A stretch of DNA of 63,990 nucleotides, filler included, from Malassezia furfur (lineage: Eukaryota): the NCBI GenBank assembly GCA_052055015.1. It is 4 parts of 4 records of this genome, joined end to end, with 100 filler letters (N's around TTAATTAATTAA, not from the genome) between each part and the next. Parts side by side here need not be neighbours in the genome. Positions count along the whole stretch, not along the records: positions 33,788 to 50,543 come from JBQJIT010000241.1; 3 more parts are not named here. One strand, given 5' to 3'. The position numbers and the translations under genes were made by a program. Shown one piece after another: positions 35,805 through 48,588 of the stretch; the stretch's first letter is position 1, and each line of letters starts with the position of its first letter. Below the pieces are notes generated by a model. It saw only the letters and a list, made by a program, of their open reading frames with translations. It had not been told where the DNA came from and ran no database searches.

Positions 35805-37571
35805 CTATGTCAGCCGCACGGGCTCCTGCGGGATCGGCTCGTGCGCAATCCACCGCGCAATGCGATCAATCGTCTCAGTCCGCTCCGGCTCAAACCAGGA
35901 AAACATGGGGAAGACGTGGACGGCGTCCTTGACCTCGTCCAGCACCACCTCACGCTCCTCCAGTGGGTATGCGTCACGCGCTGCAAAGTAGTCCGCGCTT
36001 TGGTGCAGGTGCGCCGCGCGGTGCGAGCGGGGGTAGCAGTCGCGCCATACGAACTGCTCCGGAGGCTGGCCGGCACTAATCCGGTCGCCGACGTACTCGG
36101 GGATGCCGTGCACCGTGCCCTGCGCAAGGCGGTGGGCCAACGTGAGGTGCTGCTCGGTGTTGAGTTCCGCACTGCCCGTCACAATGTAGGTGCGTTTCGG
36201 GAAGCCAGAGAAGCCCCAGTGCGGCGGCCACCCGCCGCGCTCGCAGTCGAGATGCAGCGACACGGGCGAGATGTACGGGTTCAGGTAGGTCTCGCTCGCG
36301 GGGAGCCGTCCCAAAAACGCACACACGGACGTGTTGCGGTACATGATGGACGAATCGATAATGTCGCTGTCACGGTTCAGCACGGTCGACGAAAACGCAT
36401 TGGGCGCCTGAATCGGGCCGCTGTGCGAGCGCGACACGTCGCTCCATGGAGAGATGAGCAGCAGCGAGCCGGGCATCCCCTCGACCCGCTCGTCACGCAG
36501 GTAGCGGCACAGCGCCAGCGCGAGATTCCCACCGGAACTGTCGCCAGACAGCAAAATTTTTTCCGGCGCAAAGCCAAACTTGCGCGTGAGGTACAGGTAG
36601 CCCACCAGTGCATCCACCAGCGCAGCAGGGTAGCTACGCGACGGGTGCTGGTGGTCCGCAAGGCGGTATTCGAGCGCAAACAGGCGCCGCGGCACATCGC
36701 CCTTGCATTCCGTCAACCGCGCCAGCAGCTGCTGATCCATGCCCGCATTTGGGCTGCTCTCGTGCGCACTGCCCATCCAGTACGCCCCGCCATGCAGGTA
36801 GTAGATCACCTGTTCGCCGGGCTGTACCGGTGTCGTAATGTGCAGGTCGCTCTTGGGCGCAAAATACCAATACCCACAGATGCGCTCCAGCGACACTTGC
36901 TGCACTGCCATCGCACGCAGCAGCTCGCCGCGGAAGTCGGGGCTCTGTACCAGATTGTCTGACGCCGGCGGCGGGCGGAGGTAATCGACCGGCTCGATCC
37001 ATGTAAACTCGCTGCGTTTCAGCTTGGGCTCCCGCTTCGGAGCCTTTTTGGTGAGGATGACATGCGTCTTACATGCATAACTAATGCACCGGCGCAGGAA
37101 TATGATTGTGATGCTCCGCATCCACGACCACGACGGGCGGCCACGCTGGCTGCGCGGGATGGTTTTGATCGCTTGCCACGGTAGGTAGATGAACGCGGTG
37201 GCAAGGATAAAAAACACGGTATAAAGCGCCTTCAGCGGCTGGTGCACCCACACCGGGGGTTCTTGATTAAACTCCGAGGAACGGCCGTGGCCCTGGTTGG
37301 GGAAGTTGATGGAGGGGAGGAAGCGAGGGAGATTGTGCGGGAGAAGATTCGTGCTGACGCGCGGAAGGACGGTGGATGTGTGGAACAGGGTATGGTACAT
37401 AGATGTCGGCGACTTTTCGTCCGACTCGGACGACCGATGTTCGCCAAAGCCATCGGTCAGGTCCGCGCCATCCGCGCCCTTATCGTGGGGACGATCGCTA
37501 CAGCCGTCATCCGATACGGGCAGCGAAGGTTCATTCGAGTCTAAAAAGTTAGACAAGAGCCCTTTCTGCAT
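35805..37571 (-). CDS. Membrane-anchored alpha/beta hydrolase (HSL/Say1-like lipase-esterase)
   Basis: YLHGGAY, LSGDSSGGNL, N-terminal hydrophobic segment. Confidence 0.85.
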   Translation of the reverse strand: MQKGLLSNFLDSNEPSLPVSDDGCSDRPHDKGADGADLTDGFGEHRSSESDEKSPTSMYHTLFHTSTVLPRVSTNLLPHNLPRFLPSINFPNQGHGRSSEFNQEPPVWVHQPLKALYTVFFILATAFIYLPWQAIKTIPRSQRGRPSWSWMRSITIIFLRRCISYACKTHVILTKKAPKREPKLKRSEFTWIEPVDYLRPPPASDNLVQSPDFRGELLRAMAVQQVSLERICGYWYFAPKSDLHITTPVQPGEQVIYYLHGGAYWMGSAHESSPNAGMDQQLLARLTECKGDVPRRLFALEYRLADHQHPSRSYPAALVDALVGYLYLTRKFGFAPEKILLSGDSSGGNLALALCRYLRDERVEGMPGSLLLISPWSDVSRSHSGPIQAPNAFSSTVLNRDSDIIDSSIMYRNTSVCAFLGRLPASETYLNPYISPVSLHLDCERGGWPPHWGFSGFPKRTYIVTGSAELNTEQHLTLAHRLAQGTVHGIPEYVGDRISAGQPPEQFVWRDCYPRSHRAAHLHQSADYFAARDAYPLEEREVVLDEVKDAVHVFPMFSWFEPERTETIDRIARWIAHEPIPQEPVRLT

Positions 37572-37764
37572 GCTGTGCACATTCACACCACAGTTTTTTT
37601 GGCCAAACAATCGACAAAGAATTGAGAGCCGTTAAGCGTGGACGGGCTTGGCAAATGGGCCGACTTGTGCACAGGTTGTTAATCTACTTAGGGCACGCCT
37701 TGGCAACGCTGTCATTCGGCCGGCAACCCCTAAAAAGTCCATGTGGCGTGTTACGAAGCCCAGG

Positions 37765-38749
37765 CTACAGGTCCGCCACCAGAGGTGGAGGTCCAAGCAC
37801 TGCCTCGTCCCAGGGGCCACGCAGCTCATGCTTCCAGCGTTGCGCGTAGCGCAGCCATCCAGGACACAGCACACTCACAAATACGACCCCGCCCGGGACC
37901 ACCACATAGGCCAGCAGGATATGCAGGGGGTATAGAGCATACAGGCAGGCACCCGCCAGTACCACCGTCAGCGGCACCGCCGCGCTTGGCACACCAGGCG
38001 CCTTGGCCGCCGCATCGCTCACCCCATACGCAAGGTAGATGCGTTGGCGTAGCAGAGGAAAGATGGCAAAGAGTTGCAGTGCCGTAAGCAGCAGCGCAAA
38101 CACATCAACGTCCCACGTCAGCCGACTCGATAGCACCACACTCGCACACATCGCCAGGTTCAAGCTCACCGTCGAGGACAGTAGCGTATGCGACGGCGTC
38201 ACCATTGCGTAATCTGCCAGTGCCAGGTGCGCACCGAACAAAATCGCGGAAAATGCCCAAATGCTATCGCTCGTCGTAGCCTCACTGAGCGTGCGCAGGA
38301 CCGGCGAGAGCGCATGTAGAATTAATGCCAGCACACCAAAGCTCGGCAAACTCAGTCGTAGCAACGGCTGCTGCACCGATGCACGACCAGGAATACCGCA
38401 ACACGCGAGCAACAGCGTGCACACCAAGCTTCCGGCGACCAGCGTCGGCGCCGAGAGCGTGCCTTGGTATATGTGCACGAACAAGGCCACAAACAGCAGG
38501 ACCATTAGGAACTGTTGCGTGATCCCCAGCGATGACAGCACAATTGTGCCAAAGTCGGGGAACGCGGCCGTCGCTGTGGGTCAGTGCGCGCGCGCACGTA
38601 CCATTCGTGCGAAGTTCGCTCAAAAACGATGCGTCCACGTGATTGTCGGAATACGGTTGCGTCTTCCAGAGTATTTTTTGCCACGGCGGTCCATCTTGGA
38701 CAGCATCAGAGAGTGCGGGCTGCGGAGAGACGCCCGCCGCGAGGCTCAT
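37765..38749 (-). CDS. GPI2: GPI-GlcNAc transferase subunit C (PIG-C), 1 intron
   Basis: WQKILWKTQPYSDNHVD..FL, LSPVLRTLSEATTSDSIW, VVLSSRL, KHELRGPWD. Confidence 0.92.
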
Positions 38750-39186
38750 AGGCGCATACCGTTGGCGCTACGGACAAATCGAAGGGGAAAGCGACCAATT
38801 CTCCGGTGCCCTGCGTTGAGGCAACCCCTTAGTGGAGGAAACAAGATTTGAAATCGGGGGTACGAGAGGTACTCCACGCTCCACCGCGCGTAACAAGCGC
38901 CGCGCAGCGCATCGCCTCGTGGGTGAGTGCACGGTGGGGATACGGCAGCGTCTATCCATTGGGACTGGTCATTCGGGCTAATCTCCGTAGTGATTATGTA
39001 ATAATATCGGCAGGGGGGCGTCCCCGCATGTCCCTTTCCGCATTCCGTGCCGGTCGCGGACCGCGTCGGTTGCATACGCAACACGGGTCCCATCGGACTC
39101 GGCAATTAGCGAATTTGCCACCTACTCCACCGCACGCCAACATTTTGGCCGCCTCGGATCGGAACCCACTGGATTCGGGATCGACA

Positions 39187-41072
39187 ATGACCAGCGCGAC
39201 TCAGGGTCCAATACCCATTGCCAGGGGTGGCGATGGCATCCAGAATGGGAACAATGAGTCGCCCGCGCCAACAAGGTTCGGTGCGAGCGCCGGAGCAGGC
39301 AGTTATCTCGGGATGAGCGGTAGCCTCGGCGGCAGCAGCAGCTTCAAGGAGTCGATGGCACTCTCGTTCGGCAAGGACGTGGCCGAGTACGTACTGCGTC
39401 ACCATACATGCGCATACTAACACCCCGAAGTCTGCTCGAATACTCGATTGGGCGATTCTCGTCGTCGACCGATTCGGATGCCACAGTGGCGGCCCCGTCG
39501 TCTGTGCGACTAGAATCGACCTTTTGCCGCAACTTTACATGCTGCGGGCGTGGCCTGGATGATCTCCACGATTTATTGCAACATTACGAAGAGTGTCATG
39601 TGCGGTTCGAAGACGAGGACGAGGACGAGATGCAGTCGATCATCACAGACGAGGAGCTTGAAACCACGAGCATGACCTCAGATACGCCAGCAGCAGCCAC
39701 GGCGTCTGCCGCATCGCCCCTTGCAAGCCCGGCGAGCAACAAGGCGCACACGGGTGCCGATCGCGTCTCGGAACTCAAGCGCGGACGCCCGGTGAACGAC
39801 TCTACCACTCCCATGATGGTCACCGCTGCGGAAGACCTCGACTCCCCGAGTGCGTTTGACACTGCGGTGATGCGCTCTCCGTCGACGAGCCGGGGCAAAA
39901 AGCGCGCGTTTGGCCAGCCGGGTATAGCGTCCGGCAGCACAGCCAACCCACTCTACCGCGCGCTTGTGGACGGCGGCGTGACGCGCCATCCGTTCGGAGT
40001 GAACAATATCTATTCGCCCTCTTCGCCGTTCTCGACCCCGGGAAGCTCGCGTGCAGGAACGCCGTCTCTGGACTCGGATAGCGAGACGTTTTTCGGGTCA
40101 AGCACGCAGCCTAGCGTCTTTTCGAATTTGTCGATCCGCGGCAGCAATGCCGACGATCACCAGCTTCCGTCGTGTGCGCCGCCGAACCTTTTCTTCCCCT
40201 CGGCGGCGGCCAACACTTCGAGTCGACCGGCCAAGCGCGAGCGCTTCAACTCGAGCACAGGCAGTGCCGCGCCGAACACCACCAATTCTGCATCCAACGC
40301 ATCCAGCAACGCGTCGCCTTTACCAACCGACGCGAACGCTGGCGAGCACCGACCCTACAAGTGCCCTGCGCCCGGTTGCGATAAGACGTACAAGCAGATG
40401 AACGGCTTGAAATACCACCGCTTGCACGGCCATTGTAATCAAAACCTCCGCAACACCAACAACAATCTGGTTATGCAATCCAACGACGCAACCTCCACCA
40501 TTTCACGACCCAGCACACCGGTCAAGGACAGCGATGGCAATGCATCCACGGCGACCGACACACAAGCCTCGGCGCCGAATGCACCCGACCTGGCCGCCTT
40601 CGGCATTCACAGCACCGCGGCGCCAACCACCGGTGATGCACAGCAGCCTCGTGACGGCCCGGCGACACCCACAAAAGCCAACAACGGCACGGGCCAACTG
40701 GAAAAAACGTACGTGTGTCAGGTGGGCAACTGCGACAAGCGCTACAAGAACTTGAACGGTTTGCGCTACCACTACCTGCACTCGGGCTCGCATGGCCTGC
40801 TGGGCCTGCAATTGCTGCATGCCAACGGCGGCGGTGCCAGCGCCAAGGCCGACAGCATCAGCGGACGTCCACCCGTCTCTACCGAGACTCTTTCGCGTGA
40901 GCAGATTGTGCAGGCCGCCGCGGCCGCACAGGCGCTGCTCAACCAGCAAGCGCAAGCGCAATGTGCCAAAAACGCTTCATCTACGCCAAGCACGCAGCCC
41001 AACTCGGCGGCGTTCTTGGCAGCGCTGAGCAACGGCAATCTCTCCCTCACCAGCGGCGGGCAGCCGCGGTAA
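39187..41072 (+). CDS. SFP1: Split zinc-finger transcription factor Sfp1, 1 intron
   Basis: FTCCG..LHDLLQHYEECH, YKQMNGLKYHRLHGH, KRYKNLNGLRYH. Confidence 0.9.
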
Positions 41073-41256
41073 GGTTCTTGGTTTTGTTTCGCATGCATCG
41101 ACGAGACTCCCAACGGGACGACCAGTTGTAATTTGGTGCGCGGTTGCTTCGATGCACGATGATATTCGCGCCTCTTGTACTTTCTAGATGATGTAGGTTT
41201 GTTTTGTAAGTCTCGTAATGTGGTGACAAACGGTGCTATTTCCCTCTATCACACAC

Positions 41257-41838
41257 TTAAAACTTGATCGGCAAGATCTCGACCCAGTAGTTGTCTGCGT
41301 GTCAGCGGCGCAAGGGGCATACCAGGGTCCAACAGGAAGGCTGTCGCGTGAGTCGCCTGCGATGAGTCCACGTACCGATCGAGCGCATTTTGCCGTCTGC
41401 GGTGAGCCAACATCACACGTACCCGTCAGGCGCTTCTGGAAGCGCACACCCAGGCGCTCAAAGCGTGCACACGCCTCTTCCACATTGTCGACCGAGATAC
41501 CAATGTGACCATAGCCCTGCGGCTTGTCATTCCCGTTGTGGTAATGGAAGTCGGGGTCGTTCTCGGTGCCGTGGTTGTGCGTCAGCTCCAGTAGGCCCTC
41601 GCGCTCACCACGCTTGCCCTTCTGGTGCTCGTAGCCCAAGAAGTACAGCGTGAAGCTGTCGTTCTTCATCGTGTCAATCAGCGTCATGCCGAGAACGTTT
41701 TGGTAGAAGTCCAACGACTTCTGCGGATCCTTAACACGGACCATCGTGCTGCGTAAACACATTGCACGTACTGGTTCAGGCGGAAACTAGCGGTCTCTAA
41801 CAGTAAGTTAGGTTTCACATACCTGGAGTCGTAGGCAT
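41257..41838 (-). CDS. GLO1: Glyoxalase I (single-domain), 5 introns
   Basis: FRLNHTMVRVKDP.KSLDFY, LELTHNHGTE, GYGHIGISVD, AFLLDPDNYWVE. Confidence 0.93.
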
Positions 41839-42105
41839 TGTGGTGCTGTGAAACAAGGGACTGAGCTCGGGCCACACCCGCCACCCACGAACGGCTGCCC
41901 TGGCTGCCAAATTCGCGCACGTGGCTCACGTGCGGGCTATGTTCGAGCGCCACTAAGAATGCCGATGCGCTTAGGTAGGTACGCAACGAGGGCAGGCACC
42001 ATACTACGAGAAAACATACACTCCGGGATTCCGGACATGAGAAAAATCGGACTAGGAATCATGAGGGCGCTCGTGCACCCATAGCACTCGATTCTTTTCG
42101 ATGAT

Positions 42106-43558
42106 CTACCGCCCGGCCTCTGGCTCCACCGCCGCGTTGGTCACGGGGTTGCCCGAGCCCTGCTCCGTGGTGAGCGTCATGTTCTTCATGTCGTTCACAG
42201 GGGGAGCCGGAGCAGCTTGCTTCTTCGACTTCCGCGAGGGCTTGTAGGGCACACCCGCTGCCGCCGCGTTCGCAGCCGCCTCTTCCTCCGTCTCAGCAAG
42301 ACCGCCCTCGGATTTGAGAATAAAGGGGGCCATGCGGGGGTTCACTGCGTCAGTCTCCAGGCAGTACATACCCTTCTTCTCCTTTTTCTTGGTCTCCTTC
42401 GGCTCATCCTCAGGATAGGCAAGCGCCTTCACTTTGCGGAACTCTTCGTTGGATGCGTGCATCTCCTGAACAGGCTCCAACAGCGAAATGAGCGCCTGCG
42501 TCACCGCCGTCTTCAGGTCCTGCGGGTGCACCTTTTGCGCCTTGAAATCTTCCACAAGTGACGCGTAGTTGCTGTAGTGCACCGGGCCTCCATACTTGTC
42601 TGGACGGACGATGCTAAACAGCGTATCGGCAGGCGCATCGCTCGGAACGAGCGGCCGCGCCCAGTGTGGATCGAGCGTAACACCCATGCCCTTGGCATCG
42701 TTACGCAGGCGCATGATCGGCATCAGCACGGAGCCCACAAAAGCGATCACACCGTTGTTCTCGATCTCACCCGGCATACAATAGGCACCTTTGATCTTGC
42801 GCTTGATGTCCGCAGGAGAGTCCAAGAAGTCGATCTTGGAGTCTAGATCAGATGAGGACATCTTGGCACCGTTCATGCCTGGCACCATCGGGTTCATCAA
42901 GTGTGCACGCTTCATGTAGCCGAGCTTCGGCAAGTATTGCTCGGCGAACGTGAAAATCTTGCGCTGGTCCACACCACCAAATTGGAAATCCACGTCCAGA
43001 TACTGCTCGTCCAGAGCCTGCAGGCCAGGATAGAGCAGTCCACTCAGCAGCGGACTCTCCACCTGCTTCACGACTTCGGCGCCGGCTTTCTTCGCGTCGC
43101 GCTCCGTCACCATCGCAGCAAGACGATAAGTATCAAAGTTATACTTCTCAGAAAGCTGGTAGGAGGATCCCAAAACAAAATTGAGGCGGTCAGTCGGCAC
43201 GCCGATGGCTTTCATCACCGCGACCAGAATGTGCTGGTAATAATCAGCGCGGTGCTTGACCAGCTCGATCGGGGCCTTCATATTGTCAAGGAATGCATGT
43301 ACATCTGCATCAGCAGAATCACCTACCAGCCAGAAGTACCTTGACGTTGACGCCCGCACGCAAGAAGTCGGCGAGCTTGGTAAGCGGTACAAGATAGCCG
43401 ACGTGCGGCCGGCCCGTAGGAGCAGTACCCCAGTAGCACTTGACAGGACGCTCATTCTCCTGCAAAATTTTCAGGATTGCCTCTCCTCCAAGAACCTCGT
43501 CGAGATCACGCGTAATGAGGTGGTAGCGGCTGTCCGCCGTCAGCTCCTCAGAAGACAT
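42106..43558 (-). CDS. TYS1: Tyrosyl-tRNA synthetase, cytosolic type
   Basis: [41 protein letters not shown]. Confidence 0.97.
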
Positions 43559-43739
43559 CGTGACAAAATGTGTGGGAGTCAGAATTGTACGTCGGGATTA
43601 TGTCAGCGCTTGCGAACGATGTGGTGCCTGACGCGCGCGCGCCAGGCCGTGGCGAAGCAGGCGTGTTGAATGGAACGCTTCAATCTTTACCGGTAGGGAC
43701 TACGTATCGTGGAAGGCGGGTATACAGATCAAACGCAAT

Positions 43740-44408
43740 TTATACGCGGTTGCGTGCGGAGGCGCCCTTGTCGAAGAGCAAGCGGACAATGAACACCTGG
43801 CCCACCGAAATCGCGATGATCAACAGCGTCTGAATCACACTGTAGTGCACGATGCGGTTGCGCGTCTTTTCCACAATCGAGAATCCGTGGTTCTCGCGGG
43901 TACGGAAATAGCGCAGCGTGCGCTCCACCGCAATGAAGTCGGCGTCGAGCTTTTGCATCGAGTCTTCGACCGGCGTTGACTGCTCCGCGAGTAAGGCGGC
44001 CTTGGCGATCGGCAGGTCTAGTCGTGGTTCAGACTCGACGGTGATATCAAAGTCAACGAGTTTGTCTTCCACCGAGCTAAGGTAATTCTCGAAGCAGAAC
44101 GAATACTCTCCAAACTCGTTGGCGGTAAACACATAGTCCTCTTGCGATGACCGCTGGCCTTCCACAATGACCTTGTCGGTGGGGCTATGCACACTGTAGT
44201 CGATGTCAAAGTTGCCGCCCTCTTGTACCGCAAAGTAGAAGCCGACCTTCTCGTACTGTTGGTCGACCCACGTATAGAAACAGGTCTTCTCGTACGCGGG
44301 TACCTTGACAGACAGCGATGCCGCATTTGCCTTTCCGGGTAGAAGCGCAATCAGCGAAATGCATAGCAATGCAATCACGGCACACGACTGCCTCCCGTAC
44401 CCCGCCAT
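43740..44408 (-). CDS. p24/emp24/GOLD family cargo receptor
   Basis: Signal peptide, KVGFYFAVQEGGNFDID, GEYSFCF, C-terminal TM helix. Confidence 0.92.
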   Translation of the reverse strand: MAGYGRQSCAVIALLCISLIALLPGKANAASLSVKVPAYEKTCFYTWVDQQYEKVGFYFAVQEGGNFDIDYSVHSPTDKVIVEGQRSSQEDYVFTANEFGEYSFCFENYLSSVEDKLVDFDITVESEPRLDLPIAKAALLAEQSTPVEDSMQKLDADFIAVERTLRYFRTRENHGFSIVEKTRNRIVHYSVIQTLLIIAISVGQVFIVRLLFDKGASARNRV

Positions 44409-44464
44409 GGTGTTGGAACGAGGAACGGCACGACGTGATCATCACGTGATTCCCGAGCACTATT

Positions 44465-46352
44465 CTACATCGGGGCCTGCGCCACACGCTCCAACGCATG
44501 GACCAGCTGCTCCATCTGGGTGAGTAAATCGGGCACGTACCCCTTGTGTCGTGGACACGCTCCATACTTCAAAATCGGACTGCGGCTCATCAAGTGTGCC
44601 GACCAATTCCTGTGCATTCGGTCCTGCAGCATCGGCCATCGCCTTTTCATAGCAGGCAAGCTCCTTGCTGAGCTGGTGCGCACACGCGCGTCCAGGTCCG
44701 ACGCAGATGAATCGTTGGACCCCTTGCTCGACCAGCGTGTGTATAGTCTTCACCCAATATACCGGCTTATCCAGCGCATCTGCAAGGTCGCTGCGGACCT
44801 CGTCCACGTTCTCAAAGATGCGGCCGTCGCACGACGACACAACCGGAAGCGCCGGGCACAGTTCGCCAATCGGCATCACGTCCACCAGCGAGCGGTACTT
44901 TTTCGCGGCTTCCGAAACCATAGTGGTGTGAAAGGGACCGGCCACAGGCAAATTTACGGCACGCGCCCCGTACATTTTGAAACGCAAACGGTCGCAAGCA
45001 TACATAACGCCCACGCGGGTTCCCGAGAGCACAATCTGGAGCCGCGAGTTGATGTTGGCCACCGCGACGAACTCGTCGGAAGCGATGCCCTGCACTTCAC
45101 CGTTCCGGATCTTGCGCTGTACCTCTTCGACTTCGCGGAGCGCGTCCTCGAGGCGCCCAGGGCGCACAACGACAGCGCTCACCTGTGTCCCCTTCCATGT
45201 GCGGGAGCTGCCGTCGTGCTGCGCAATGTCGGCGAGGTCATCGGACGGCTCGGAGACCAACAGCTCGCTGCCCTTCCCTGCGCCGGCATTGGCGAAGCCC
45301 CATGTCTCGTAGATGTTGACCGGAGGTGTGCTTCCTTCCGGGAACAGTACAGGATGATTGACCAGGCAATGCATCGCCTCCAGCCCGCGGTAGCGAAGCG
45401 CACGTAGCGCGTCTTCTTGCTGCAAGCAGCCGGCTGCGACCAGAGATGCGTACGTGCCTGAGCCGTGGCCTGCCGCCCACGATACCTGTTGCTCCACAAA
45501 ATCCACCCCAAACTCTTCGCGCAATACCGCCAACATCGCCAGGGTGCACGCAAGAATTGCTGGGGTGGCATTTTCAGAGCGCGTGAGTTCGAGCTGGTTG
45601 CCGGAGAAGACCAGGTCGAGCAGCCACCCGGGCTTGAGCGACTTGTTGGGCTCAAGCTTGGAAAGCTCCTGGAGCTTGCTTTCGAATGCATTGCGCAACG
45701 GATTAGGCGGGAGAGTCGCATCCAGACGGCGGCCCTCCATAAACGCGGTGAGCGCCGCTTCAGCCTCTTCCCACACGCGGCGTGCAGCAGGGTACGTTTC
45801 GTATAGGTCGCGCGACATGGTCACGTACTGGGACCCTTGTCCTGGGAGTATCAGAGCTGTCTTCTTGCGCTCCAACGGTCGTCCGTGGTATCCTTCCCCG
45901 ATACCTGCCGCACTGCGCCCTGCCAAAGGCGGCACGACACCTGAAGAGACCCATGACGATGCATTGAATGATGTGGAAGGGTCCGAAAAGGTGTGCAGCT
46001 CGGGCAGCGGATGCTTGGGCGCCGCGTAGTCCGCACGCATCGACGCCTGCCCTTCCGGGGAAATGCCCGACGCCGCTCGCAATGCCTTGCTTGCGCCTTC
46101 ACGCGAGCGACGACGGTTGTCGGTGACGGCCGACTTTCCTGCATGCGCACGCACAAACTGGATGGGTTTGGCTGCCCCCGACACCACCGATTCGGCCATG
46201 TCATTGTGCGACCGCGGACGGTGTGTTGAGGTTTCGCCAGTAGCCTGCGCCGTTTCGTCCTTACCCTTGTCACTCTTATGCCATAGATGTCTTATATTGG
46301 GTTTAGCGGGTGTGGACCTCGCCAACACTCGCGGTACCCAGGGGCGTAGCAT
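44465..46352 (-). CDS. Malonyl-CoA:ACP transacylase-like protein (Mct1/FabD fold), 1 intron near the 3' end
   Basis: LPGQGSQY, VANINS..QIVLSG, LPVAGPFHT, KPVYW, GPG; catalytic motif is atypical (GHGSG). Confidence 0.8.
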
Positions 46353-46497
46353 GGCCAACACCCGGTCGTCCACAAGAGGTGGTCCACAGACAGATCGCGT
46401 CTGCGGGGAACACGCCCGGCACGTGGGAACCATGGGACCGGGCGTGTGGAGGTCCCCATAGCACCACCGTGCGCCGTGGCTGGGCAAGCGAGCCACG

Positions 46498-47913
46498 ATG
46501 CGACACGCGCCGCCGGGCCGCGTTGTGGTCGTGAAATGCCTAGCAACACTGCTAGGCATGAGCATGCTTGCACCTTTGTACGTGTGTGCCTGACACAGCA
46601 ACACGTTGGTCACATCCTTGGCCTACTTCCACGATGCCTTTGCCAACGCGCCACGCCTAGGCGCGACGATGAGCAGCAGCATCATGACCGTGTTCAACCT
46701 GGCGTCCGTCCTCTTTACCATCCTCGCCACGGTTCGTGGAAGCAAGAAGAAGTCGAACCCGATGCGCCGCGTGGTGTGGTCGCTCTATCTCTCGATCACG
46801 GCTTTTGTGGTGCTGGTCGTGTCGGTGGGTCTGCGTGGCATTGGGCCGCTGACCACTGCAATGCCCTACTATCTGTTTTTACTGCTTGTTTCGGCTGTAC
46901 TAGCAGTATCTCAGGCATTTATGCAAAGCGGAGCCATGGTCATTTGCACGCAACTGTCGGTCGACGGCACCCTCATGGGTTACCTCCAGATGGGCCAAGC
47001 GCTGCAGGGCGTGTTTGGCAGCATTGTCAACTTCGTGAGCACGGTTATGGCCATGCAGGTAAAGCAGCGAGAGCAGGGCGCGGCAGAGATGCGCGCCTGG
47101 GAGAACGCAAATGCTGCATCGGTTGTCTTTGTGGTGACGATCCTCCTGCAGGTCGGCACGCGCCTGTGTCTGTCGCGCGCAGCGCAGGTGCCCGCGGTGG
47201 AAAAGCACATCCAGACATGGGAGATGAACATGCTGAGCGGCGACGATGCCGACATCTCCGAGCCGAACGCATGGGAGCATCTGCTCGACGTTCAAAAACG
47301 CATCCTGCCGTGGATCGCCAGTATCTTTTGCATCTTTTTGGTCACGTTGGGTGTTTACCCTACACTGACCGCACAGGTGCGCACCGCCAATTCCCATGCG
47401 AGCGCCTGGCTCGAGGACCCGAGCGTGTTTGTTGCGCTGCACATTGTGCTGCTCAATGTGGGTGATTTGATTGGCCGACGCCTGCCCACGCTCTCGTCCT
47501 ACTTTTTGATCCGGCGCGGCTGGGTCGCAATGCTCGCGACGACCGCACGCTTGGCATTCCTTCCGCTGTTCCTTGCGTGTAACATTGTGAAGGAGAATGG
47601 CGCACGCCGGACCTGGGCGCTTCCCGACGTGGCCTTTTTTGGGCTGGTCCTGCTGCTGGGCATCACGACGGGCTGCAATGCCACGTCGGTGTTTCTTTCG
47701 GGTCCCAAGTCGGTGGATGGGTCTATGGCACGCAGTGTCCCCCCGCCCGAGACGCCAGTGGGGGCCGACGTCGAATACGATCCCCTGCTGGACGACTACG
47801 ATCCGCACGAGAACCGTGACGCAGCGATCGCCTCGATGTTGCTCGCATTCTGGCTCGTGATGGGCCTAATGGCAGGCAGCTGTTTCAGCTTTGTGGTGCT
47901 TGCGCTGACCTGA
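46498..47913 (+). CDS. Equilibrative nucleoside transporter (Fun26-like), 21-nt intron 46578-46598
   Basis: LLGMSMLAPFN, GQALQG, VTLGVYP, NVGDLIGR; about 11 hydrophobic segments. Confidence 0.88.
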
Positions 47914-47965
47914 GGGGCCAGAAATGTGTCTCCACAGAGGATACCCTATGAGCATGTAGTGTAAA

Positions 47966-48273
47966 TTACTCGTCGTCGTAGCCCGACACCGGTTTCCGCG
48001 GACCCTCGGGGACTGTGTGTGAGCGCATTTGTGCAAACGTACGAGGGTAAGTGATCGGGATCTTCTCTGCAGGCTTCCAGCCGTACGACGCGCGCACGCG
48101 CGGCACAGCGACCACGGCGACAGGACCCATGAACCCGACGAGCAGCGAAAAGAAGACGACGGGACGCTCGTGCGCCGAAGCACGCTGTTTGTTAGTCTTT
48201 GTGCTGCACGAGTACATACGAGGTATTTGAAGGTGTTGTTGAACGGCCGCACGGCAGCAGAGAGGAACGACAT
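47966..48273 (-). CDS. Complex I 9.5-kDa accessory subunit (NI9M/NDUFA3-like), 2 introns
   Basis: AHERPVVFFSLLVGFMGP..IPITYP.P..PRKPVSGYDDE. Confidence 0.85.
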
Positions 48274-48588
48274 GTCCAGCAAGAAGCACAATCACCGTCG
48301 TCGACCGGAAGCGACAGGGTCGGTGCCACGTGGGTCCATGTGGCGTGCCGCGGATCGGACCTAACGCCCGTGTAACATCCAAGCAGGCGGCCTGGAGTCC
48401 CTTAGCTTGACATCTGTTGCTCCTACACGGTTGAACGCGCCACGACTGTCGGGCAGAAAGGCGTTTTCAACCGAACCTTTGCGGATCGCAGCCAGGCCAC
48501 TCCCTGTGATTGTGACTCCGTCTGCGCCGAAGCGCCGGTGTCGTCGACCGCAGGCCGCACGGCCCAAATTTTTTGGGATCTCGACGCG

